Assembly: GCA_964658305.1 (NCBI GenBank)
Contig: OZ210885.1
Location: forward strand, 6,510,001 to 6,574,000
Length of the DNA: 64,000 bases
DNA from: Leptogorgia sarmentosa
Taxonomy: Eukaryota
Direction: 5' to 3'
Of the stretch, positions 40,877-51,254 are shown piece by piece. A program made the translations under genes and the position numbers. Numbering within the stretch: the stretch's first letter is position 1; the number at the start of each line of letters is the position of its first letter. The notes beneath the pieces were generated by a model, which saw nothing but the letters and a program-made list of their open reading frames with translations, did not search any database and had not been told where the DNA came from.

Positions 40877-41131
40877 CAATCCTGGTCAAAACATTGGCGA
40901 CACATACTATTTTTCTATGGGGTTTAGAGCAAAATAAAGAACCCTCCCCCTTTCCCCCACCAATCAATGCTGGATGGTGTTGCATAACATGTTTAATGCA
41001 TTTGGCATAGACTCAACATTGTTTTGGGGGCGGAGGGGGTATTTTGACAAGAAAAATTAGACGTTTTATAGTCGAAAACCTCAAAATGGACAACTTTATT
41101 AGAGTGTAGTTAATGGTTTTGGCCAGGATTG
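40877..41131. repeat. Left 255-bp terminal direct repeat with its own TIRs
   Basis: Starts CAATCCTGGTCAAAAC and ends GTTTTGGCCAGGATTG. Confidence 0.95.
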
Positions 41132-41307
41132 TCTGAAAATGATCAAAGTTCCGGCATGCATAAATCGTTGGTTTTACCGCGACTTCTTTCAGGCTTTGGG
41201 AGAAGAAGTTGGTTAAGAACTTTTGGAGTGAATACAATGACGTCACATATTAATTATCTAATTAAATACATCATAAATATAACAAATTTGTAGTACTGAG
41301 ATTAATA

Positions 41308-42391
41308 ATGTGTGGCAAGAGACTTTCTCCAGAAAAGGTTGCATATTTATGGCTTTTGCTGAACGAAAACAAGTGGAATGCGACCGAAATATCTAGGAAA
41401 TTAGAGATATCTCGTTCTTGCATATATAAGTATAAAAAGCGTGGTATATCCGATGCTGACAACAAAAAAATTCACAAAGGAGGGAGACCGAGAAAGCTAA
41501 ATAAAAGAGACATGAGAAAGTTACTAAGGACCCTAAAATTATTGCAAGCACGGGAAGGAACTTTCACATCCAAGAGACTTGCTAAGGAAGCGGGGCTAAA
41601 TCTAAAAAACGTCAGTATGCGAACGGTTCGAAGGGCAATGAACGAAGCCGGTTATAAGTATTTGCAAGCAAGAAAGAAAGGGATACTTAAGAAGACTGAT
41701 CTTAAAAAGAGACTTTCGTTTGCCAAAAAAATGAAAAATGAGCATTCAAATCACGTGTGGCAGAAAGAGAAACTTTTTTCTGGACAGTGTTAGCTTTGCA
41801 TATAAAAGAAATCCTTTTGATCAAGGCAGTTCGCCAAGGGGATGAATTTGGAGAAAGCCATGCGAAGGACTCGACTATGGATGTACAGCAAAAGGAAAGA
41901 AGGAAGGAAGTGGCGGAAAGTTAGTGAAGCTAATGGTTGCCATCTCATTTAGGAAAGGCGTTATAGACTGTGAACAGTATGATAAAATGAGCGGCGATTA
42001 CTTCAAAGGGTACATAAGTCGTAAATTTCCAGAATTATTCCAGAAAGCTGATAAATTCCCCTCCAAACTTTGGATTCAAGATGGATGCCCTTGTCAAAAT
42101 AGTAATGCAGCGAAAATGGCAATGAGTGAATCAGACGCAGATTTGTTATCTATACCACCTAGAAGTCCAGATATAAATCCAATAGAAAATCTATTTCATC
42201 TTGTAAGAAGGGAACTAGACAGACAAGCGATAGATGGAACTATAACGCAGGAAACCTACGAAGAATTTGCGACCAGAGTTATAAACACCTTTAAATCTTT
42301 CCCTATAGAGCGTGTTGATAATATTATAGAATCAATGGATAAACGAATGAGTATGATTATAAGTAGAGGCGGTCAAAGAATTAAATACTAA
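41308..42391 (+). pseudogene. Tc1/mariner (IS630-Tc1) DD34E transposase with one frameshift (~41770) and one stop (~41843)
   Basis: HTH and GGRPRKL; RTVRR; FFLDSVSF; WIQDGCPCQ; SPDINPIEN, with 34 residues between D and E. Confidence 0.9.
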
Positions 42392-43012
42392 TTGTGCGCT
42401 TTTACATATTTTTGTAATAATATAAAGTTATTATGAACTGGGCGTCTAACATATATTAATAATAATCTGTCATTTAGTTACAATGAACATTCATACAACA
42501 CGCTCATATTATTGCATAATTAATTTATTGACGGTGCACCAAAACGTGCGGAAGAAAACGTTCAATATTGTCCTAAACTGTGAAAGTACCAAATGTCAAT
42601 AAAACTGTTCTAAAAGTATTTACAATGCGTATCATAGTGATATATTTTTGGTACGATATTCTGAAATCGTTTGCAAAATCTCAACGGTGCACCATTTTTG
42701 GCACAAAGCAATGCTATATAATTACTGTAGATATATTCTTATGACTGTACGATGCACCAATGGTGCACCGTTGTATGTGTGCGTGATTTTCAGCCGTTGC
42801 ATTATTATTATAATGAGCTTTCGGTATTTTACGGATTGAAACAATATGTTAGTCTTCTAAACTCCTTATAGCATACAAAGTTAAGTGTTCGCATAAAATA
42901 AGCACCATGCATGCAGTAATGCGATATCTATAGATATAGTATAACGAAATTAATAAAATTATTCTTTCATAGGCACTTGCTACATTCACCTAATACTGTC
43001 CTATGCCTAGTT

Positions 43013-44290
43013 TTAATTTTGTTCAATGCACACTAAACATGCAAAGCAACGAGGGCAGGGTTTTATGTCTATCTGTTCATCTTCTGATATTTGATGCGTG
43101 AGTGAGAATACATTCCAACGTACAGACATCATCTCAGTCTCACGCTCATCGACTGTACAACCTGTGATGTACGCCAATCTATACTTGCTGGTCGCAAATA
43201 CCGGCGTATCAGCTTCAAATAAAATATCTTCGGCAAAGTGAGTTTTAGGCGCCGGAAAGTGGACGGGTTCGCCTTCGAGTAATAAGAGCAGGTCATGCCA
43301 AGGAATAATTTTATCATTCCAACGGAAGTTGTTTAAAAATATACACTCAGCTTGCTGGACACCTACCCAAGCAAAAGTGCCGGAAGCAGGATTAGTAAAG
43401 GTGTGATAGATTGCTTTTAAGGGTTTAAGTAGAAACGTTTTACCGCAATTAGCAGGACCAATGAGCATGATGTTTCGATATTTTCCCCGTCCTTTTTGCA
43501 ACAACGTATAGATCGCATTGGCAAATTCTCGTGCTCCTATACCATTCGCTGTTAGAACTTCTTTAGCGCATTCTAACCAACGACCTTCACAGTTCCCAGC
43601 GCAATCGCCTGCTTTAGCTTCTTATAACAATTGCATGCGTGTCTTCTTGCTTCTTTCCAAGTTATCCTTTGCGTTGCACATGTCCCAGGTTGTTTTTATG
43701 ATATGCGCAATAACTTTTGGTTGCCTGTTCATAACAAATTCCGCGAGATCGGATTTTCCTTCATCCTTCTGCTCCCGGGCCAGAGCAAGCAATTCCGTAC
43801 GAGTCTTGATCGACCTAGCTTCAATAATTTCGGACACCTGTAAAGATGTCATCCTCTTTTTTCTTCGACTTTCTTGATGTCGTCTCCTCGCCCTCGCAGT
43901 CAGACTCATCTCTTGCAGTGGCTGTGGCAACACTAGCGGAATCTGTTCTTGGTGGCTCGCCATTCGTCAAGTCAGGATGACCAGGACTCTGTAAATACTC
44001 TGTGTCAGATTTAGTGACGTATTCCCATGCGCTGAAATAGTTGTGATGTACTGATGAAAAATGCACCGAAGCATCGAAATGATCCAACAGAAACCGTTTA
44101 ATTTTTAGCCATCTTTGCTTTCGTTCCAGTTTGATTGCGACATGATAATGCTTGCCACCATTCTCATGATCTTCGAGACAACAACACCACTGTATAACAT
44201 TATTGTCCTTGCTAAACGCAAGGACAATAATAAATAGGTTATTAGATAAACCTGCCTTGTATCGCGCGCTCGAAGACCGTCTGTCGCCAT
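43013..44290 (-). pseudogene. HUH-endonuclease Rep fused to SF3 helicase (CRESS-virus/parvovirus NS1-like), with frameshifts and a stop
   Basis: Motif I YLITY, motif II GGKHYHVAI (44142-44150), motif III YVTK (44010-44021), Walker A GPANCGKT (43436-43459), Walker B IFLNNF, motif C VFATS. Confidence 0.85.
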
Positions 44291-44501
44291 TGCATGAAAT
44301 TTTTCACTTATATTTACTAACACATGTAACCAACTATAATATATCTATTTGGCGTGAATTCAAACATCACTAATCAGGAATAGGAAATAAAGTATTATTC
44401 AACCCATTCTTTTAATTGTCGTGAATTGACAAACGTGACACTAGCGTATCCGATCAGTGTAACTATTCTTTCAATTTGTTTTAAATAATTAAATACATAG
44501 A

Positions 44502-44756
44502 CAATCCTGGTCAAAACATTGGCGACACATACTATTTTTCTATGGGGTTTAGAGCAAAATAAAGAACCCTCCCCCTTTCCCCCACCAATCGATGTTGGAT
44601 GGTGTTGCATAACATGTTTAATGCATTTGGCCTAGACTCAACATTGTTTTGGGGGCGGAGGGGGTATTTTGACAAGAAAAATTAGACGTTTTATAGTCGA
44701 AAACCTCAAAATGGACAACTTTATTAGAGTGTAGTTAGTGGTTTTGGCCAGGATTG
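44502..44756. repeat. Right 255-bp terminal direct repeat with its own TIRs
   Basis: 251/255 identical to 40877-41131 by manual comparison. Confidence 0.95.
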
Positions 44757-45269
44757 AAGGTGTTCCTATTATTCAAGCATTTAGGCTTTTGTACAATTAC
44801 TGGCAGGACATATCATAAACATCAGAACAGGTTCCTGCCGCCCTCTGATAATCTATTGGAAAAACTATCAAAATGCTCTCATGGAACAAGTGAAGAATGT
44901 TAAGGATGCAACATGGTCTGGTGATGGTCGTTTTGATTTGATGGGGCACAGTGCTAAATATGGCACAGAAACCAGTCCAACTGAAATACTTTGATATTAT
45001 ATTTTCAGATTATGTTAATGAAATAAAAAATGTTGTGTTGTCCACTTTTGAGGAAACCTTGGAAAAGGTAATGACTGAATACCAGGAGAATATTCCAGAA
45101 GCATTGAACAGGAGGTTTCCAGATTGGCTCTCCAAAACTGAAGCAATCAAACGCCAGTTAGAAAGAAAGCAACTTCCCTCAACTCCATTGTTCCCTTCAT
45201 GTAAGTTTTGGTACATGCATGCAAACATGTATAGATGGATAAATAGTGCATTCTAAAAATTACAAAGTC

Positions 45270-45725
45270 AAGACTGTCCACGACAAGTATATAAAGCAAC
45301 AAAATAATGAAAAAATATACGCTTGTTTCGTAGACTTTAAAAAAGCATTTAAATCTGGCATGACTGGCATGATGGACTTTTCTTAAAATTACTAGAAAAC
45401 AAAATAGGAGGGAGATTCTATGATTTGATAAAAGATCCATATACCAATACTAGGTGTGCAGTGAAGATATCAGATCATAGAACCCCCTTCCTCTCTTATC
45501 GTAAAGGAGTTCGTCAGGGTTGTGTCCTAAGCCCATTATATCAACGAATTACCACTATTATTTGAAAAATCTACTCCCGATCCTTTCATACTACCAAATA
45601 ACACTGCAATAAGCAGCCTTCTCTATGCCGACGAATTAGTAATGTCATGTTCAAAATCTGGACTCCAAAATTGCTTAGATGTACTCCATAACTGGAGCGA
45701 AAAAATGGCTACTAGAAGTCAATCT
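45270..45725 (+). pseudogene. Non-LTR retrotransposon RT fragment
   Basis: YACFVDFKKAF, KGVRQGCVLSP, SLLYADE. Confidence 0.8.
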
Positions 45726-46574
45726 TAATTTTCGAGCACGAAAACTTCAAGCCAAAATTTGGCTTTGATCAGTTGTTGAAGTCGATAAAATTTAAAACGA
45801 CCGTTGGAACAGTAAATTTCTATCCCCTCACTTTCTAAAATTTGCAATATTTGCGATGGTTTTATAACCTTCTGCCTTCAATTTCACAATCCGCTCTTTG
45901 CTGTGGTGGTTTAACCTTCCCATTTTGAAGTTGTGAACAGCATTTCAAATGGAATTTCCCTTCCCACACTATGACATGCATTCTCGTCCAGCGAAAAATT
46001 TTTATATAGGAATTTTAAAGATTTAAATATAGGAAGAATAACGAAAAAATTAAAAACATGTCAATTCACGTGAACTATTTAGAGTACGACTAAACAGTTA
46101 CTGTAACAACCATTTATTTTATTGGGGCGAGCATTCAACTAAAAAATGTAAACATTTGTATTTGCAATGTTCTTAAAACATCCAACTCACTTTCAATTTT
46201 GCATGACCATTTTTTAAAATTTGAGTCTGCAAAGTTGAATGGGACATGGATTCGATGTGACAATGAAAACTCGAAGCGTTCTACATTGGTTATAAATTTC
46301 TGCGGCTTGTGGTCATAATACTATATTATAAAGTAATTGAACCACTCGCTTTTATCGTACTGTATGTGTTGTAAAGCACATTTGGCAGATCTGCATGGCA
46401 TTCTCAAAAGTAGTGCTGTATACAAATTGCAGAAACCAACTAGCTGATGATGCCGGAGTTAACCAATCAAGCCATCTTGAAGTTGCAATGAACAGGTACA
46501 CGACAGTCTGCTCTATGCAACAATTTCTGGTTTTTAGTGTTAACATTGAATGTTATGTACTAAATTCGCGTTTA

Positions 46575-47420
46575 ATTAAAATGGAAAGGCAATATAATGT
46601 GATAAGAAGGTGGAATCCGACTGACCAACAATGTATTTCCTTGTTAATTATACAAGAGGCAGTAAATGCTAAGCAGACAAGGGACATGCTTTTAGTGTCT
46701 GGTCGAAGACGATGTTTCTTTTATCACTGAAGAAGAAATATTCTGGTTATTTGGAATTGTCCATATCCATTTTACACTGTAGTGAACATAGTCAATAGGA
46801 AACAACAAGTCACCTTAGTGGTATCTTACCATTTACAGTTATTATATGTACTATAGTAAGGAATGTCTCATTTGTTTTTAAGACGGACAAAAACAAGCAA
46901 AGAGACTTGCTTCTTCTGGAAATTTGCGGAAGCTGCTGAAGAAATATAATTCGTCTGCCGAAATCTTACGACAAAATGGCTATAGTGAATTCGTAGATCT
47001 AACATGGGAAGCTGCAAGCGATGTTAGCAACAACATATCCAGCATGAACATTCCAAGTGAAGACGGTATTCCACTTTCAGTTAAAAGAACGGCAGTTGAC
47101 GCAATGAATCTGCTAGAAAGACTAAATGAAGAAGAACAGCATCTCACAAAGGAAATGGAGAACTGTCTTCAAAGTTTCTATTGTTTGTGTAAGGATCGCA
47201 AGAAAAAGATAAATGGCATAAGTGATGGTAACAGTGGTCTCGTAAGAGGTGCATGATCACTTAAGAGAAATCACCTTCATGAAGACCGCATTAACTTGCG
47301 TGTTTCATTTTAATTTATTCTGAGAGTATATTGCAATAGATAACCACGTCTCAAGTTATGTTGAGGAACAATGTCAAATACTCGCTGATTTTTACAATAC
47401 AGACAACGAGGTTGATACAG
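46575..47420 (+). pseudogene. Possible KDZ (Kyakuja-Dileera-Zisupton)-like transposase C-terminal fragment
   Basis: ERQYNVIRRW...DGQKQAKRL...KRTAVDAMNLLERLNEEEQHLTKEM resembles the RxxEExxxLxxEM tail of KDZ proteins. No catalytic core is present. Confidence 0.4.
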
Positions 47421-47489
47421 AAGATGATGTTGAAGATTATGATGATGCTGACAACCGAAGAGACTCCTGACACACTGGTGATACAGTGG

Positions 47490-47839
47490 GTCAAACAAGT
47501 CTTTAAGATAACAAGTCTTTTCACAAGTTATTGGAACAAGTTTGGACAAACTGTAACAAGCTCGAGGGGACTATAAGACTCGTTCCAAGATTGTTCCAAC
47601 AAGACTTATACAATCATGATATAACAATATTAACAATATTGTTACAACTTTTGTTGTTGACTTTGCAGCAATCTTGTGTCAACTAACAGGAGTATCAGAG
47701 TTGTTAAGACAACTTTGTAACAAGCTGGATTTTCCTGCCCAAGTTATTGTAAACTTGGTGACAACTTTGAACACAACTTGTCCACAGCCAACAATTTTCT
47801 TAGTCAAGTTGAACAAAGGTTTTCAGATTTTTACGCGTG
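47490..47839 (-). mobile_element. DNA-transposon end with ACAAG/CTTGT subterminal motifs (terminus CACGCGTAAAAATC on the minus strand)
   Basis: Dense short ACAAG(T/C)/CTTGT repeats ending in TTTTTACGCGTGTA. Confidence 0.4.
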
Positions 47840-48799
47840 TAAGCATCATCAAGTACTTGATGAGTTGATACTGCATGATGTAATTAGTGAATCACCCCCC
47901 GGACAAATTTCAAAATGGTTTTATTAATTAAATCTTTTTTCTTTTCAATTCCCTAAGTTTAGGGTTGGGGTTATTTTTCTAGTTTGCTTTAAATTTTCCT
48001 TAAATAAATAGGTTAAATACCTTCGTAATAGCGACACTAATGACCGAATGCGTTTTTCCTATTAAATAAGGTATAGAGTGTATGTTTTCCGAAAGAGTGT
48101 ATTAGGTAGGTATAAATGTATTGCAAGTTGCTTCGAGAAGAATTGTACAGTGTGTGCATGTTTGACTGTAGATAATTTTGGCAGGTGATCCCCATTTTCG
48201 TTCTGTTGACCATGAGAAAGTTCCTGTTATCCCATTTGAGTAAGGAGAGTTATTTTGTCAGTGTGACATATTAAGTGCGAATTCTTAGAAAATTTGAAGA
48301 CTCAATTAAATTTGAATTTTTTCAAGTGCGAAGGTATGAGCATTTGCTACTGAGTTAGAGAATCCTACACTCTAATGGCAGATTTCTGTACATGCAGATT
48401 AATGAAGTGCTCGTTTAGCCTTTTCAAATATTGACGTCAGTGATGACTTTCCAAAAGTCCTTTTCCCTATTTTAGGACCAATTGTTGTTTTTGACATTTG
48501 AGTGTGGTAGCCAATTCAATAACTTCGGCCAAATGTGAATTGAGAGTTCACAATAAATAAACAGTTCACAATCCCGTTTCCCCCCAAACAACCAGAAACT
48601 AGACCTTATGGTCGATTAAATGACAGCGCTGAGCTCGGTTTGTAATAAGCCAAGGGCCCAACCAATGTTTGTGCCAGGGCCCGCCCCTACTCGAAACTGT
48701 TGTTTAGTGTACCAAGACTCCCAACAAACACTTCAACACACTCAGAATCTATTTATTGATGACAATATCTCTACATTTATAATCTAGCATCAGAGCAAA

Positions 48800-49552
48800 A
48801 AAATTGTTCCAGAATGTAAAAGTAAACAACCACTCATCGAGAAAGACAAACAGCTTGATGACAATATCATCAACAAAGCACAGAAAATCCTGGGAAAGCA
48901 GTTTCCAATGGTCGAGGGTTGGCAAGATACACTTCTCGCTCAAACATTCTCCACTGCTGTTGAAGAGTCTATGCAAATTCATTTTACTGGCCAAAACCAT
49001 TGGGTTTGTTCCACATCTTTTGGTCGATATATACGGGTGTACGACAGCGCAGGTAGCACACAATTAACATCATCCATGGAGGTGCAACTGACAGATTGCT
49101 ACAAGTTGTTAATCAGTGCAAACAAGCTTGAAGTAGAACTTCCACCAGTTCAAGTTCAATTGGGAGCAGTGGATTGTGGTTCATTTGCAATAGCATTTGT
49201 GTACAACCTTGCTGCTGGAAATGACCCATCCAACATGCATTACGACCAATGTAAGAGGCGAGAACATTTGACAAAATGTTTCGAAAGCGAGTCCTTCACT
49301 CCATTTCCCACACAACCGAAGTCTAAAGCTGTCCGATTTCGAAAAGAGTTTGGGTATTGTGAGATTGATTTGTTTTCCCATTGTCTCATGCCAGAGTCAT
49401 TGGATGATATGATCGAGTGTGACTTGTGCGGGAAATGGTTTCACATCAAGTGCAAGAATCTTTCAAAGTTTCCAGAGGAAGATGACAAATGGCTTTGTAA
49501 CGCATGTCAACCCCCAAGCCCAAAGCGATCGAAACATCGAACATATCAGTAA
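48800..49552 (+). pseudogene. ULP1-like cysteine protease plus PHD finger (transposon cargo fragment)
   Basis: NHWV...VYDS...VQLGAVDCGSFAIA triad; MIECDLCGKWFHIKC...WLCNAC. A transposon-like end with GGGGGTCC repeats follows at 49712-49759. Confidence 0.75.
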
Positions 49553-50641
49553 ACATAATATATATATAATTATGTTAGTTATAATTATGTTATATTAGGT
49601 CATATATTATATTATATTAGTTGTTTAAGACATGTAGTAAATAAAAAACAATGTTTTCTATATACATTTGTATGTGTATTTCATTTTTATATGGATAATT
49701 AGCACCAGCTACAAGGGGGTCCAAATCTACAGGGGGGTCCTAATCTGCTGTGACACTGGTAAAAACCTTCTATATGAATAGATTTTGCAATACATCATAA
49801 AGTATGCACGCTTACTAAGTATCCCAAAATAAATTTCTGCTGTCAGAGGAGGGTTGGAAGCCTGTCCCGGCATGCTTTGCACATCATAGATATTATCGAT
49901 TTTTGAGGCGTTCCGTCATTGTTTGACAAGCTTTTGACGTGTTAGAACATGGCGAATTTTCGAACTGTTTGTGGCAACAAAGCTATTGATTTGAATGGAA
50001 GTTATCATCTCTACGTACATTGCATGTCAAAAGAGCGACTAGAACTGGAGGTTGAAGGGATGTCATGTGTAGAACTGAAATGCTGTGAACTTCACGTACG
50101 TTTTGCGGACAGTTTGGACATAAGGCGAATTGCGCTTGGTCGGCGTTAGATCATGGGTGAGATATGCACAAAACCGATACCGCGTCATATATTGGTCAGA
50201 GGTATGCTTTTTGCGTGAAAGCCGTAACATCTGCACGTTCTGCACGCAAATTTTAATCCAGCACTATACGATTCTGATATCTGAAGATGTATTTCTCGCA
50301 GAAGGACCGTTTGGATGCATTCGATGCGCATAAGAGAGAAACCCGTACAGGATGGAGATGTGCGAACTCTAACCCACTCTTTGGTATGTATGTTTATATT
50401 TATGTTTGACATACATTACCATATTTCGCGACACATTGACTATCTGATAGTCATTGATATTCATATATGCGCGCATGTGTATGAATACTTTGTATATTTC
50501 TTCATATAAAACACTACTAAAATAAGATACATGGCCTCAATATATTTGTTTGAATTTATATCTGAAATCTGATCTCTGAATTCCTTTTATTATATTCCTG
50601 ATAATAATACAATTTGCATGTTATTTTATATGTTAGCTAGT

Positions 50642-51063
50642 AAAGGCCCATTAAAAACGGCTTGCACTTTTTCTTCACACAATTTGATTTAATCGCATGA
50701 AAATATGGAGTATGATACAGAAGCTATTCAAGTTTTAAGAAATTTGGTGCACGCTGAGACGAACGTGCAATGTCCGAAAACTGGATTTTGCATTCTTTCC
50801 TGCTTGATTACCGATTTATTTATGCATAATTGGATATTTGCAATGTAATGCCAATGTAAATTGCAAGCTAATTCCCAAAGGTCCGAAATTACGCGAAGAA
50901 CTGCGGAAAATCCATTTTTTTGGACATCGCACGTTCATCTTAGCTTGCACCAAATTTCTTAAAACTTGAATAGCTTGTATATCATACTCCATATTTTCAT
51001 CCGATTAAATCAAATTGTGTGAAGAAAACTATTTTTCCATGCAAGCCGTTTTTAATGTCCTTT
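50642..51063. mobile_element. MITE with ~145-bp imperfect TIRs
   Basis: CATTAAAAACGGCTTGCA...TTCACACAATTTGATTTAATC...GCTATTCAAGTTTTAAGAAATTTGGTGC is mirrored at ~50910-51060. Confidence 0.85.
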
Positions 51064-51254
51064 CAGTAACCACATTTCCCATTCTAAAAAAGTTTGTTTT
51101 TAAAATAAACTTAGTGCTAGATATACCAGAGGGTGTTAAACTACCCAGGCTAACCAAAGTTTAGAAATTTTGAGCGCTCGTTAGTTTAGAGAATGTTTTA
51201 CCATCAGTTAACGTTTTTTTATACACCCTGTAATTTATATTATGGTTTACTCAC

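Larger units (their letters stand above)
40877..44756. mobile_element. Composite DNA transposon: Tc1-type transposase plus HUH-Rep/SF3 helicase between two 255-bp direct repeats
   Basis: Direct repeats 40877-41131 and 44502-44756 (4 mismatches); AA duplication at both outer ends; two convergent genes inside. Confidence 0.9.
39317..45253 (+). mobile_element. Kolobok-like THAP transposon remnant, interrupted by the Tc1-Rep element
   Basis: TTAA/AG candidate left end; THAP (C...C...HRFP...W...CSMHF...AVPT, 39530-39868); EPKFIVF...CFNC...WNSQP...GNL; GDGRFDLMGHSAKYG (~44920). The frame rejoins as GVSISKVFLLFKHLG once the insert is removed. Confidence 0.65.

Noticed and set aside
43013..44290. 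Stand-alone endogenous CRESS virus or parvovirus
   Set aside because: No capsid-like ORF, canonical nonanucleotide stem-loop or parvoviral terminal hairpins are seen, and the gene sits within transposon ends.
44380..44400. AAGTATTAT as a CRESS origin upstream of Rep
   Set aside because: It lacks the final C, and only a weak 5-bp AT-rich stem surrounds it.
40877..44756. LTR retrotransposon interpretation of the 255-bp direct repeats
   Set aside because: No gag, RT or integrase. The repeats run CA...TG with TIRs rather than TG...CA, no PBS or PPT is evident, and the duplication is 2 bp.
49949..50509. Cluster of short overlapping ORFs
   Set aside because: No recognisable motif or consistent reading frame.
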